From an uncultured Planctomycetia bacterium (lineage in GTDB: Bacteria > Omnitrophota > Gorgyraeia > 2-02-FULL-51-18), in contig CAYSKO010000006.1 of assembly GCA_964431835.1 (NCBI GenBank), positions 59,457 through 123,456 of the forward strand: DNA of 64,000 nucleotides, written 5' to 3'. Positions within the stretch are counted from its first letter, which is position 1; every line of letters begins with the position of its first letter. The notes under the pieces were generated by a model, which ran no database searches, was not told the origin of the DNA, and saw only the letters and a list, made by a program, of their open reading frames with translations. This document shows, piece after piece, positions 31,702 to 41,239 of this stretch. The position numbers and the translations under genes were made by a program.

Positions 31702-32096
31702 AGAGCGCGAAGTGGACGGATCTCGGAATCCTTTTCTTGCGCGTCCTCACGGGCGCGGGCATGGTTTATCACGGGTATCCCAAGGTGTTCGGCGGCATGA
31801 TGCCGCGGATGATCGAGGGAGTCGCGGCGATGGGCTTTCCTATGCCCGCGCTTTTTGCTTGGGCGGCGGCTCTTTCCGAGTTCGTCGGAGGAATCCTCCT
31901 CGTCCTGGGTTTCGGAGCGCGGTACGCCGCTTTTTTTATCTTCTGCACGATGAGCGTGGCTTTCTTCGTCACACACCGGGCGGATGCGTTCCAAGTGAAG
32001 GAGCTCGCGCTCGTGTACTGGGTCATTTCTGTAGCGCTGATCCTGACCGGAGCCGGTAAATACTCGCTGGACGGAGTCGTTCGTAAGGCGGACTGA
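31698..32096 (+). CDS. DoxX-family membrane protein
   Basis: 132 aa; DLGILFLRVLTGAGMVYHGYPKVFGG. Confidence 0.75.
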   Translation: MKSAKWTDLGILFLRVLTGAGMVYHGYPKVFGGMMPRMIEGVAAMGFPMPALFAWAAALSEFVGGILLVLGFGARYAAFFIFCTMSVAFFVTHRADAFQVKELALVYWVISVALILTGAGKYSLDGVVRKAD

Positions 32097-32211
32097 CTTT
32101 GGCCGTCTCTTCCAGCGCCAGGTTGAAGAAGAGCCCAGGTCCGAGCAAGACTAGTCGAAAGCGGCCTCCGGGTGTAGAATAGGGACACCCCAAAGACAAA
32201 AGGAGGCTCGT

Positions 32212-32703
32212 ATGCCAGCAGGTTCCACGTCCGTTCCCATCGACGTCGGTATTCCCGAAAACGACCGCAAGGCGATCGCCGAAGGTCTTTCCCGGTTTCT
32301 CGCGGACACCTATACGCTGTATCTCAAGACCCATAATTTCCACTGGAACGTGACGGGTCCGATGTTCCAGACCCTGCATCTCATGTTCGAGCAGCACTAC
32401 AACGAGCTTTGGACCGCGACCGACCTCATCGCCGAACGCATCCGCGCGCTGGGCGTCCTGGCACCGGCCACCTACGCGGAATTCTCGACCTTGAGCTCGA
32501 TCCAAGAGGAGAGGGGCCCGGTCAAGGCGGAGCAGATGATCCGCTCGCTCGTCTCCGGGCACGAATCCGTGATCCGCACCGCGCGCTCTATTTTCCCAGC
32601 CGCGGACAAGGCGCAGGATCAGGTCACGATGGATCTTCTCACGCAGCGCATGCAGATCCACGAGAAGACGGCCTGGATGTTGAGAAGTCTTCTCGAACAG
32701 TGA
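32212..32703 (+). CDS. dps: Dps (DNA-binding ferritin-like protein)
   Basis: 163 aa; [38 protein letters not shown] ferroxidase-centre region. Confidence 0.85.
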   Translation: MPAGSTSVPIDVGIPENDRKAIAEGLSRFLADTYTLYLKTHNFHWNVTGPMFQTLHLMFEQHYNELWTATDLIAERIRALGVLAPATYAEFSTLSSIQEERGPVKAEQMIRSLVSGHESVIRTARSIFPAADKAQDQVTMDLLTQRMQIHEKTAWMLRSLLEQ

Positions 32704-32720
32704 ACACCGTTCGGTATTCC

Positions 32721-34838
32721 ATGAAAGCGGCGGCAACGATCCTCTTTGCCGCCGCTTTTTCTTTTTCCGCCCATGCCGCTCCGGTGCGCGACGCCCACAC
32801 GGAGGTGGAGCTTGTCTCGTCTTCCGCATCGGCGTCGCCCGGAGCCGAGATCCGCGTGGCTGTGCATCTGCGTCCCGATCCGCGCTGGCACGTGTACTGG
32901 AAGAATCCGGGCGATTCCGGGCTTCCGCCGACGATCGATTGGCGCCTGCCCGAAGGCGCGACGATGGGTCCGGTCGAGTGGCCTTATCCCAGAAAGCTCA
33001 TCGTCAGCAACATCGTGAATTACGCATTCGAGGAGGATATTCTCCTCGTGGTTCCGGTTCGCGTGCCCGCCTCCGCGAAACCGGGCGCGACGCTCGAAAT
33101 CGGCGCTTCCGTGAGCTGGCTCGCCTGTGAAGTGGAATGCGTGCCGGGCAAAGCCGAACTCTCGCTCGCCCTCCCCGTAAAAGAAGGGACGCCCGAACCT
33201 GACCTCCGGTGGACGCCGGTGTTCGCCGCCGCGCGCTCAAAGCTTCCGATCGCCGGAGCCCCCTGGAGAGTGCGGGCGGCCTACGACGCTTCGCGCTACC
33301 GGCTCACGTTCACCCCCGAGGCGGGCGTGCCGGCGGAGCTTTCCGAAGCGTACTTTTTCCCTGACGACAACGAGCTCGTCGATCACGCCGAGCCGCAGAG
33401 CTTCGCCCGCGCCGGCGATTCCTGGACGCTCGACATGCCGCGCTCCTCGGTGACCGACCGCATTCCCTCGAAGCTCGAAGGCGTGCTTTTCTCTGAAACC
33501 GGATGGCGTGGCCCGGGCTCCGAAAAGGCGCTCGCGGTGAGCGTGCCGCTCGAAAAAACGACGTCCGCCGCCGCGCCCCCGGCTCCCGTTTCTCCGCTGG
33601 GGCTCTGGTCCGCCCTTCTTTTCGCGTTCGTGGGCGGTCTCATTCTGAACCTTATGCCCTGCGTTCTTCCGGTCCTCTCCCTCAAGATCTTCGCTTTCAT
33701 GAAGGAAGCGAGCGAGAACCCGCGAGCGCTTTTTGCCCACGGTCTGGCGTTCACCGCCGGCGTCGTGACGACCTTCTGGACGCTCGCGGGCGTGCTTTTG
33801 GCGATCAAGGCGGCGGGGCAGAAGGTAGGCTGGGGATTTCAGCTGCAGTCGCCGCAGTTCGTCATCGTCCTCGCGTTCGTTTTCTTCCTCTTCACGTTGA
33901 ATCTTTTCGGAACGTTTGAGATCGGCACGTCGCTGACGGGCGCCGGCGGCTCCCTGACGCGCCGCCGTGGCTTGGGCGGCGCATTCGCCAGCGGTGCATT
34001 CGCGACGGTGGTCGCCACACCCTGCACGGCTCCGTTCATGGGCACCGCGCTCGGCTTCACGCTCTCCCAGCCTCCGGTCGCTTCGTTCGCGGTGTTCACC
34101 GCGCTCGCCCTCGGCATGGCCGCGCCGTATCTGCTTCTCTGCTCCCAGCCCGCGCTTCTCAAATACGTGCCCAAACCCGGCGCCTGGATGGAAACGTTGA
34201 AGCAGGCGCTCGGATTTCCGCTCGCGGCCACGGTTATCTGGCTCGCGTGGGTGCTGGGTCTCCAGCGGGGCCTCGACGCTTCGATCGCGCTCGCCGCGGG
34301 TCTTCTCGTTTCCACGGTGGGCGCGTGGGCGTACGGACGCTGGGGGACCCCGATCGCTCCGGCCGCTCGCCGTCGTTTCGTGACCGCCGTGTTTATTCTC
34401 TCGATCGCCGGCGGCGTGGCGATCGCCTGGAAACTCCTGCCTTCCGAAGCACCTGCGGCCACGGGAGCCGGCGCTTCCGCGCACGGCATCTCCTGGGAGC
34501 CGTATTCGGACGAGCGCCTCGAGGCGCTGCTCACCGAAGGACGACCCGTTTTTCTCGATTTCACCGCCGCATGGTGCCTCACCTGCAAGGTGAACGAGCG
34601 GGTCGCGCTCGAGGTGCCCGCGGTCCAAAAGAAGTTCAAGGATTACGGCGTCGCGGCGCTAAAGGGCGATTGGACCAACCAGGACGAGGGCATCGCCCGC
34701 GCGCTCGCGCGTTACGGGCGCAACAGCGTCCCGCTCTACGTGCTGTACGTCCCCGGCGAGGCCGAACCGAGGGTCCTGCCGGAGATCCTGACTCCTTCGA
34801 TCGTGCTCGAGGCCCTCGACGCTCTCAAAAAGAAATGA
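32721..34838 (+). CDS. dsbD: Thiol:disulfide interchange protein DsbD
   Basis: Start at MKAAATILF (signal peptide); N-terminal periplasmic domain, central TM block, C-terminal thioredoxin WCLTC. The track ORF start at 32409 overlaps dps and is rejected. Confidence 0.85.
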   Translation: MKAAATILFAAAFSFSAHAAPVRDAHTEVELVSSSASASPGAEIRVAVHLRPDPRWHVYWKNPGDSGLPPTIDWRLPEGATMGPVEWPYPRKLIVSNIVNYAFEEDILLVVPVRVPASAKPGATLEIGASVSWLACEVECVPGKAELSLALPVKEGTPEPDLRWTPVFAAARSKLPIAGAPWRVRAAYDASRYRLTFTPEAGVPAELSEAYFFPDDNELVDHAEPQSFARAGDSWTLDMPRSSVTDRIPSKLEGVLFSETGWRGPGSEKALAVSVPLEKTTSAAAPPAPVSPLGLWSALLFAFVGGLILNLMPCVLPVLSLKIFAFMKEASENPRALFAHGLAFTAGVVTTFWTLAGVLLAIKAAGQKVGWGFQLQSPQFVIVLAFVFFLFTLNLFGTFEIGTSLTGAGGSLTRRRGLGGAFASGAFATVVATPCTAPFMGTALGFTLSQPPVASFAVFTALALGMAAPYLLLCSQPALLKYVPKPGAWMETLKQALGFPLAATVIWLAWVLGLQRGLDASIALAAGLLVSTVGAWAYGRWGTPIAPAARRRFVTAVFILSIAGGVAIAWKLLPSEAPAATGAGASAHGISWEPYSDERLEALLTEGRPVFLDFTAAWCLTCKVNERVALEVPAVQKKFKDYGVAALKGDWTNQDEGIARALARYGRNSVPLYVLYVPGEAEPRVLPEILTPSIVLEALDALKKK

Positions 34839-34883
34839 AGCTCGGAGTATAATCGGTACGTTCAATCTCACTGGAGGCTCGCT

Positions 34884-35495
34884 ATGAAAAAGATTTTCGG
34901 AACACTTTTTTCGCTCGTCCTGGCTTTCTCGCTCGTTTCGCCCGTGTCCGCCGAACCGGAGGTCGGGAAGCCGGCGCCGGATTTCACGCTGACCGACGTC
35001 GAAGGCAAGACGCATTCGCTGTCGCAGTTCAAAGGCAAGTTCGTGGTGCTCGAGTGGGTGAACCACGGCTGCCCGTTCGTCGTGAAGCACTACGAAAGCG
35101 GCAACATGCAGAATCTGCAGAAGACTTACACCGGCAAGGACGTGACGTGGCTCAGTGTTTGCTCGTCCGCCCCCGGGAAGCAAGGACACCACACCGCCGA
35201 AGAGTGGAAGGGCCTTCTCAAGGAGAAGAATTCCTCCGCCACCGCGACGCTTCTCGACGCCGATGGCAAGGTCGGCAAGCTCTACGGCGCGAAGACCACG
35301 CCGCACATGTACGTCGTGGACCCCGCCGGGAACCTCGTGTACAAGGGCGCGATCGACAGCATCGCGAGCACCGAGACCTCCGACGTTCCGAAGGCGAAGA
35401 ATCACGTGTCGGCCGCGCTCGACGAAGCCCTGGCCGGGAAGCCCGTCACCGAGTCTTCGACGAAGCCCTACGGCTGCTCCGTCAAATACGCGTAA
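34884..35495 (+). CDS. Secreted thioredoxin-fold redoxin (AhpC/TSA-like)
   Basis: 203 aa; signal peptide; FVVLEWVNHGCPFVVKHY. Confidence 0.65.
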   Translation: MKKIFGTLFSLVLAFSLVSPVSAEPEVGKPAPDFTLTDVEGKTHSLSQFKGKFVVLEWVNHGCPFVVKHYESGNMQNLQKTYTGKDVTWLSVCSSAPGKQGHHTAEEWKGLLKEKNSSATATLLDADGKVGKLYGAKTTPHMYVVDPAGNLVYKGAIDSIASTETSDVPKAKNHVSAALDEALAGKPVTESSTKPYGCSVKYA

Positions 35496-35502
35496 TTAAA
35501 AA

Positions 35503-35550
35503 ACCGCCGGCCGGCCGCCTTTTTTTCAGAGGGCGTCCGGCCGTTTTTTT
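35503..35550. terminator. Tandem GC-rich hairpins with T-runs (bidirectional terminator) after the redoxin gene
   Basis: AAAAAACCGCCGGCCGGCCGCCTTTTTTT and GGGCGTCCGGCCGTTTTTTT. Confidence 0.55.
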
Positions 35551-35600
35551 GAACGAATCCCAAGACCGCCGTCGTCTTGTCGGATAAAGGAATCGCCAAG

Positions 35601-37424
35601 ATGACCCCAACGACTCCCGAACTCACCGCGGCGCTCAAGCGCTTCTTCGGCTACGAGACGTTCCGGCCGCTCCAGCGCGAAATCATCGAAGATTCGCTGA
35701 TGGGGCGGGACACGCTCGCGATCCTTCCGACGGGAGCCGGCAAATCCCTCTGCTATCAACTTCAGGCGATGCTCCGGCCGGGCCTCACCGTCGTCGTGTC
35801 GCCGCTCATCGCGCTCATGAAAGACCAGGTGGACGCGATGGAGGCGGCCGGCATTCCCGCGACTTGCCTCAATTCGTCGCTCGAGGCCGACGACGCCCGC
35901 GAGCGCCTGCGTGGAATCGAAGAAGGTGGCATCAAGCTTCTGTACGCGGCACCCGAGCGCATCATGCTTCCTGGGTTCCTCGATTCGCTCCGGCGATGGA
36001 ACGTTTCACTGGTGGCTGTCGACGAAGCGCACTGCATCAGCGAGTGGGGACACGATTTCCGGCCCGAATACCGGCGCCTCGCCGAACTGCGCGATCTTTT
36101 GCCGGGCGTGCCGTTTCTGGCACTCACCGCCACCGCGACCGAGCGTGTACGCGAGGACATCGTGCGCCAGCTGCGGTTTTCGGGCGCGTCCGTCCATCTG
36201 GCGAGCTTCAACCGCCCTAATCTTACCTACCGCGTCGTCGCCAAGCATAAGCCTTACGACCAGCTCATCGAGTACGTCTCGAAAAACCCGTCCGAGAGCG
36301 GAATCGTCTACTGCCATAGCAGGAAAACCGTCGAAAGCGTCGCAGAGCGGTTGAACGAGGACGGCGTGCGCGCCGTTCCGTACCACGCGGGGCTCGACGC
36401 GGCCGTGCGCGACCGCAATCAGGAAAAGTTCCTCCGCGACGACGCGCGCGTGGTGACGGCCACAATCGCATTCGGCATGGGCATCCACAAGTCGAACGTG
36501 CGGTTCGTCGCGCACTACGACCTCCCGAAGAATGTGGAAGGCTACTATCAGGAAACAGGCCGTGCGGGCCGCGACGGCCTGCCCGCCGACTGCCTCCTCC
36601 TTTTCGGCGCGGGCGACGTCGTGAAGCACGCCCAGTTCATCGACGAAAAAGGGGACCTGCGCGAGCGTGAGGTGGCTCGCCGCCAGCTTCAGCAGGTCGT
36701 CCATTACGCCGAAAGCTCGACGTGCCGCCGCGTCGAGCTTTTGCGCTATTTCGGGGAGACGTACGACCGCGTTCCCTGCGGGGCCTGCGACAACTGCCTT
36801 ACGCCCAAAGAGACCTTCGACGGCACCGTCTCGGCTCAGAAGCTTCTGTCCTGCGTTGTCCGCATCCGCGAAAAAAACGGTTTTGGGGTGGGTCTAGCGC
36901 ACGTCACCGAGGTGCTGACGGGCGCCGACACGGAAAAGATCCGCAAGTGGGGCCACGAGGGGCTTTCCACGTACGGTATCGGCAAGGAACACACTCGCCC
37001 GGAGTGGTCCTCGATCGGCCGGGAACTCGTCCGGATGGGTTTTTTGCGGCAGACCGAGGGCAAATTTAGCGTCCTCGAACTCACCGAAGCGGGCCGCGTC
37101 GCTTTGAAAGAAAGACGGTCGATCACGCTCTCACGGCCCGTAGGGAAGCCCGCCGCGGCGCCCCGGCCCGCGCGCCGAGGGGAAATCGTCTGCGACGAAG
37201 CGCTCTTCGAAAAGCTGCGGCGCCTGCGGAAACGCCTGGCCGACGAGAAAAACGTGCCCGCCTACATCGTTTTCTCGGACGCCTCGCTCCGCATCATGGC
37301 GCGCGACCTGCCCGGTGACGAGATGGAGTTTGCCCGCATTGGCGGGGTGGGCGCAAAGAAATTGGAAGAGTTCGGCGGCGCGTTTCTCGCGGAAATCGCC
37401 GAATACCGGAACGGCGTCCGGTGA
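35601..37424 (+). CDS. recQ: ATP-dependent DNA helicase RecQ
   Basis: FGYETFRPLQREII, LPTGAGKSLCYQ, DEAH box VDEAHCISEWGHDFR, zinc-binding and HRDC regions; ATG at 35601 with SD AAAGG preferred over the track TTG at 35577. Confidence 0.9.
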   Translation: MTPTTPELTAALKRFFGYETFRPLQREIIEDSLMGRDTLAILPTGAGKSLCYQLQAMLRPGLTVVVSPLIALMKDQVDAMEAAGIPATCLNSSLEADDARERLRGIEEGGIKLLYAAPERIMLPGFLDSLRRWNVSLVAVDEAHCISEWGHDFRPEYRRLAELRDLLPGVPFLALTATATERVREDIVRQLRFSGASVHLASFNRPNLTYRVVAKHKPYDQLIEYVSKNPSESGIVYCHSRKTVESVAERLNEDGVRAVPYHAGLDAAVRDRNQEKFLRDDARVVTATIAFGMGIHKSNVRFVAHYDLPKNVEGYYQETGRAGRDGLPADCLLLFGAGDVVKHAQFIDEKGDLREREVARRQLQQVVHYAESSTCRRVELLRYFGETYDRVPCGACDNCLTPKETFDGTVSAQKLLSCVVRIREKNGFGVGLAHVTEVLTGADTEKIRKWGHEGLSTYGIGKEHTRPEWSSIGRELVRMGFLRQTEGKFSVLELTEAGRVALKERRSITLSRPVGKPAAAPRPARRGEIVCDEALFEKLRRLRKRLADEKNVPAYIVFSDASLRIMARDLPGDEMEFARIGGVGAKKLEEFGGAFLAEIAEYRNGVR

Positions 37425-38521
37425 AGCACGTTCTTTTTCTTTGGGCGCTCGCTTTTTTTTGCGGCGTTTCCGCACACGCCGAGGAAGGCAAGGCGCTTTT
37501 CGTCTCGGTGATCCAGGAGCCTCCGGTCCTCGAGAGCCGCAAGGACATCCGCCGCCTCGTCGCATTCGCCGAAGAAACGAACGTGAAAACGCTTTTCGTC
37601 CAGATCTACCGCGAGAATAAAGCCTGGTTTCCCTCCGCCGTCGCCGACGCTTCGCCCTACGAGGCCGCGAAGGCCGCCGTCGAGGAAGATCCCTTCGCAC
37701 GGCTCGTGCGCGAGGCGCACGCGAAGGGGATCGAGGTCCACGCCTGGATCAACCTTCTTAGTCTGAGTCAGAACGAAAACGCCCCGCTTCTCCGAGAGCA
37801 CGGTCCGGCCATCCTTACCCGGAACGCCGAGCCGAAAAAGACGCTCGCCGATTACCGCATCGACGACCAGTATTTCCTCGAGCCGGGCGACCCGCGAGTC
37901 CGAGAGACGCTGCTTGAGATCGTGGGGGAGATCGCCCACGCCTATCCCGAAATGGACGGACTCCAGTTCGACTACGTGCGCTACCCCGATTGGAAGCCCG
38001 CGTACGGACGCACGGAAGCCAACGAGTTCCGTTTCCGGCAGGCGACAGGCGTTCAGACCATCGACGAGCAGGATCCGCTTTGGCGGGAATGGAAACGCGA
38101 TCAGGTGACGAGTCTCGTCCGCGTGCTCCGCGCTCACGCACTCGAAATCAATCCGCGGCTCCGGGTGTCCACGACCGGACTCGTGCCTTATTCGCGCGCG
38201 CGGGAAGAGGCTTTCCAGGATTGGGCACTCTGGGTGGAGGAAGGACTCGCGGACTTCGTGACTCTCATGGCTTACAATATTTCCACGCCCCGCTTCGAAG
38301 AGATGATCCGCGACGCCGAACGGCGGATCGGAAGCCTATCGAAGGTCCACGTGGCGGTCGGCGCTTACACGGCGCTCAAAAACCCCGCGGTGTTCGAAGA
38401 GCAGTTCCGGCTCGCCGAGCGTTCGGGGGCCAGGGCCCCCGTGGTTTTCCATTACGGTAGCCTTCTCGAGAACCCGGCGCTCGTCGAGCCTCTCCGTGAG
38501 ACAAAGAAGCGCACGACCTGA
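37421..38521 (+). CDS. Family-10 glycosyl-hydrolase-like (GHL10/YngK-like) putative lipoprotein
   Basis: 366 aa; signal peptide with Cys; TIM-barrel-like EVHAWINLL, DGLQFDYVRYP. Confidence 0.55.
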   Translation: MKHVLFLWALAFFCGVSAHAEEGKALFVSVIQEPPVLESRKDIRRLVAFAEETNVKTLFVQIYRENKAWFPSAVADASPYEAAKAAVEEDPFARLVREAHAKGIEVHAWINLLSLSQNENAPLLREHGPAILTRNAEPKKTLADYRIDDQYFLEPGDPRVRETLLEIVGEIAHAYPEMDGLQFDYVRYPDWKPAYGRTEANEFRFRQATGVQTIDEQDPLWREWKRDQVTSLVRVLRAHALEINPRLRVSTTGLVPYSRAREEAFQDWALWVEEGLADFVTLMAYNISTPRFEEMIRDAERRIGSLSKVHVAVGAYTALKNPAVFEEQFRLAERSGARAPVVFHYGSLLENPALVEPLRETKKRTT

Positions 38522-38629
38522 TACAATGATCCGATAAGCGACGTCTATTAAAACCAAGGAGAGACCGATGAATACCATCATTCGTAAAGGGACCGCCCCG
38601 CGTTCGCGCTGGCGCTCGTCCTGACCTCC

Positions 38630-38905
38630 GTGCCCGCCTTCGCCGGAGAAGGCAAGGGAGAGATGTTCGAGAAGAAGCTTGAGAAAATGACCGAGAAGTT
38701 GTCGCTCACGGCCGACCAGCAGACGCAGATCCGCTCGATCCTCGAATCGAAGAAGAAGGAAATGGAAGACATGCGCCGCCGGACCGACGAGCAGATCCAC
38801 GCGGTCCTGACCGAAGAGCAGAAGAAGAAATACGAAGACATGAAGAAAGAATGGAAAGAAAAGAAGGCCGAGTGGAAAGAGAAGCAAAAAGAAGGCAAGA
38901 AATAG
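38630..38905 (+). CDS. Spy/CpxP-family (LTXXQ-motif) periplasmic protein; 5' end apparently frameshifted
   Basis: LSLTADQQTQIRSIL plus Lys/Glu-rich repeats. An upstream ATG at 38568 reads MNTIIRKG... in another frame that stops at 38622. Confidence 0.5.
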   Translation: MPAFAGEGKGEMFEKKLEKMTEKLSLTADQQTQIRSILESKKKEMEDMRRRTDEQIHAVLTEEQKKKYEDMKKEWKEKKAEWKEKQKEGKK

Positions 38906-38951
38906 GCGCCTGACGCCGCCGCTTTGACAGACCGCATTTAAGGAGACTCCC

Positions 38952-39626
38952 ATGAAACGTTCCGCTTTTTTCGGCCTTTTCCTCGCAGCGCTTTGCGTCG
39001 CCGTCGACGCGAACGCCGCCACCACCAACTTCGGCCCCCGTTCAAAAAAAACCGTCGAGACCCGCGACGAGCGAAAGTCCGCCGAACCCCGGCAATCCGC
39101 CTCGGCGACGATTCCCGTCACCGTGGTCGCCGAACCGGCACCCGCTCCAGTTTTTACCGGCAATCCGAAAGTCCGTATCGAAACGACCGCCGGAACGATC
39201 GAAGCTGAGCTTTTCGCCAAAGAAGTGCCGAAGACGGTCGAGAACTTCGTCACGCTCGCGAAGAAAGGTTTTTACGACGGCATCGTCTTCCACCGAGTGA
39301 TCCCGGGCTTCATGATTCAGACCGGCGATCCGACGGGCACCGGCACCGGCGACGCTGGTTATAAATTCGGGGACGAATTCTCGGCGTCTCTCAAGCACGA
39401 CGCCCCGGGCGTTCTCTCGATGGCGAATTCCGGACCGAACACCAACGGAAGCCAGTTCTTCATCACGGACGCTGCGACTCCCTGGCTCGACGGACGGCAC
39501 TCGGTGTTCGGCCGCGTCACCGGCGGACTCGACGTCGTGAAAAAGATCGCCACCGCCGAAAGAGACTCGAGCGACAAGCCGCGGACCGAGATTAAGATGA
39601 CGAAGGTGACGGTCACGGGCGCTTGA
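38952..39626 (+). CDS. ppiA: Secreted peptidyl-prolyl cis-trans isomerase, cyclophilin type
   Basis: [28 protein letters not shown]...[17 protein letters not shown]...HSVFGRV. Confidence 0.9.
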   Translation: MKRSAFFGLFLAALCVAVDANAATTNFGPRSKKTVETRDERKSAEPRQSASATIPVTVVAEPAPAPVFTGNPKVRIETTAGTIEAELFAKEVPKTVENFVTLAKKGFYDGIVFHRVIPGFMIQTGDPTGTGTGDAGYKFGDEFSASLKHDAPGVLSMANSGPNTNGSQFFITDAATPWLDGRHSVFGRVTGGLDVVKKIATAERDSSDKPRTEIKMTKVTVTGA

Positions 39627-40651
39627 TCGCCGCCGAGTCCGCCGCCTCCGCGGCGGTCCCTCGGGAAGAAGCCGGTTCGCGCTGGATCCTAGGTCCCGCG
39701 CGCGACCGGCTCTTCTTCGTTTATTCACCCCTCCTTGCACTCGCACTGGGCGTCGCGGCGTCGCTCACGCCGCTCGCCGACGAGACGTTCTCTCTCTACG
39801 GCAGGTCCGAGTCCTGGGTCTCGCTCTTTTCGGGCGCGTTCACGATGGCGCATCTTTCGATCGTGTTCTTCCGCAGCCACGGGAACCCCGCGATTTTCAG
39901 CCTTTATCCGAAACGCTTTCTTCTGGCGCCGCCGCTTCTTTTGGGCGCGATGCTCGTTTCGAAATGGGCGCTCGTGACCGCGTTTGTCCTCGCCGTCTGG
40001 TGGGACGTGTATCACTCGGCGCTCCAGACGTTCGGTCTCGGCCGTTTGTACGACGCGAAAGCGGGGGCGGATTCCGAAGAAGCCCGCCGTCTCGACCGGG
40101 GCCTCAATCTCGTCCTCTATATTGGCCCGATCCTCGCCGGGGCAACCCTCATGGATCACGCGGCCCACTTCGACAAATTCGGCAATCTCGGCGCCGTGTT
40201 CCTCTCGGGCATTCCCGCCGCGCTCGACGCGCGCCGCGGACCGCTCTCGTTGGCCGCGCTCGGGGCGGGCGCCGCGTACGTGGCCTATTATCTTTGGCGC
40301 GTCCGCGCGCTCGTCCGGGCAGGTCTCCCGGTGCCGCGCGAAAAGACCGTGCTCTTCGCCTCCACCGCCGCCTGCTCGATCTACACGTGGGGATTCAACT
40401 CGTTCGGCCAGGCATTCTTCATCATGAATTTTTTCCACGCGCTCCAGTACTTCGCGCTCGTCTGGCACGCCGAGAAAACGCGCATCCGCTTCCTGCCGTT
40501 TCTTCTGGGCGCCGGTTTCGCCTACGGCGTATGGGCGAAACTGTGGGGCGAATCTTCGCACGCGGCGTTCGCCGTGCTTTTGACGGTGTCCCTGCTCCAC
40601 TTTTGGTATGATGGCTTCGTTTGGTCCGTGCGTAAAAAACAGATCGCTTAA
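39623..40651 (+). CDS. Polytopic membrane protein of unknown function
   Basis: 342 aa; ~8 TM helices; start codon uncertain (TTG at 39623). Confidence 0.45.
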   Translation: MIAAESAASAAVPREEAGSRWILGPARDRLFFVYSPLLALALGVAASLTPLADETFSLYGRSESWVSLFSGAFTMAHLSIVFFRSHGNPAIFSLYPKRFLLAPPLLLGAMLVSKWALVTAFVLAVWWDVYHSALQTFGLGRLYDAKAGADSEEARRLDRGLNLVLYIGPILAGATLMDHAAHFDKFGNLGAVFLSGIPAALDARRGPLSLAALGAGAAYVAYYLWRVRALVRAGLPVPREKTVLFASTAACSIYTWGFNSFGQAFFIMNFFHALQYFALVWHAEKTRIRFLPFLLGAGFAYGVWAKLWGESSHAAFAVLLTVSLLHFWYDGFVWSVRKKQIA

Positions 40652-40668
40652 AATAAGGAGAACCGCGA

Positions 40669-41055
40669 ATGACCCGTCAAAACGTCTCGACAGGCGGCAA
40701 GTGGGAACCCCTCATCGGCTACTCGCGTGCGGTGAAGGCGGGAGAATACGTCCACGTTTCGGGCACGACCGCCTCCGGTCCCGACGGACTCGTGGGAAAA
40801 GGGGACGTCCATGCGCAGACCGTTCAGACGTTGAAAAACATCGAAGCCGCGCTCGAGAAGGCCGGCGCGAAGCTCTCAGACGTCGTCCGGACGCGGATTT
40901 TCATGACGGACATTTCCGAATGGGAGAAGTGCGGCAGGGCACACGGGGAATTCTTCGGCACGATCCGTCCGGCCACGACGATGGTCCAAGTCGCGAAGCT
41001 GATCGATTCCGAAATGCTAGTTGAAATCGAAGCAGACGCTTACGTCGGTCGCTGA
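40669..41055 (+). CDS. ridA: RidA/YjgF-family reactive-intermediate deaminase
   Basis: 128 aa; [13 protein letters not shown]...RTRIFMTDI...TMVQVAKL. Confidence 0.85.
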   Translation: MTRQNVSTGGKWEPLIGYSRAVKAGEYVHVSGTTASGPDGLVGKGDVHAQTVQTLKNIEAALEKAGAKLSDVVRTRIFMTDISEWEKCGRAHGEFFGTIRPATTMVQVAKLIDSEMLVEIEADAYVGR

Positions 41056-41239
41056 AACGGTTTTACTAACAAAATTGTATTAATAAGTCTATTAAAGACT
41101 ATCATTCATTATTAGCCTCTGTGCGTATTTGATAACCTATTGAAAAGACTGACATTGCAAGGTAGTCTTCTTATAGACGCAAGTTGAGGCCGATTCTTTT
41201 AAGCTCTAATTGAAGACTTTAAAAAAGGCGGAAAGTAAG

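Noticed and set aside
32409-32720. ORF-track 5' extension of dsbD overlapping dps
   Set aside because: The extension is Arg/Gly/Pro-rich and overlaps dps out of frame; a bona fide signal peptide begins at ATG 32721.
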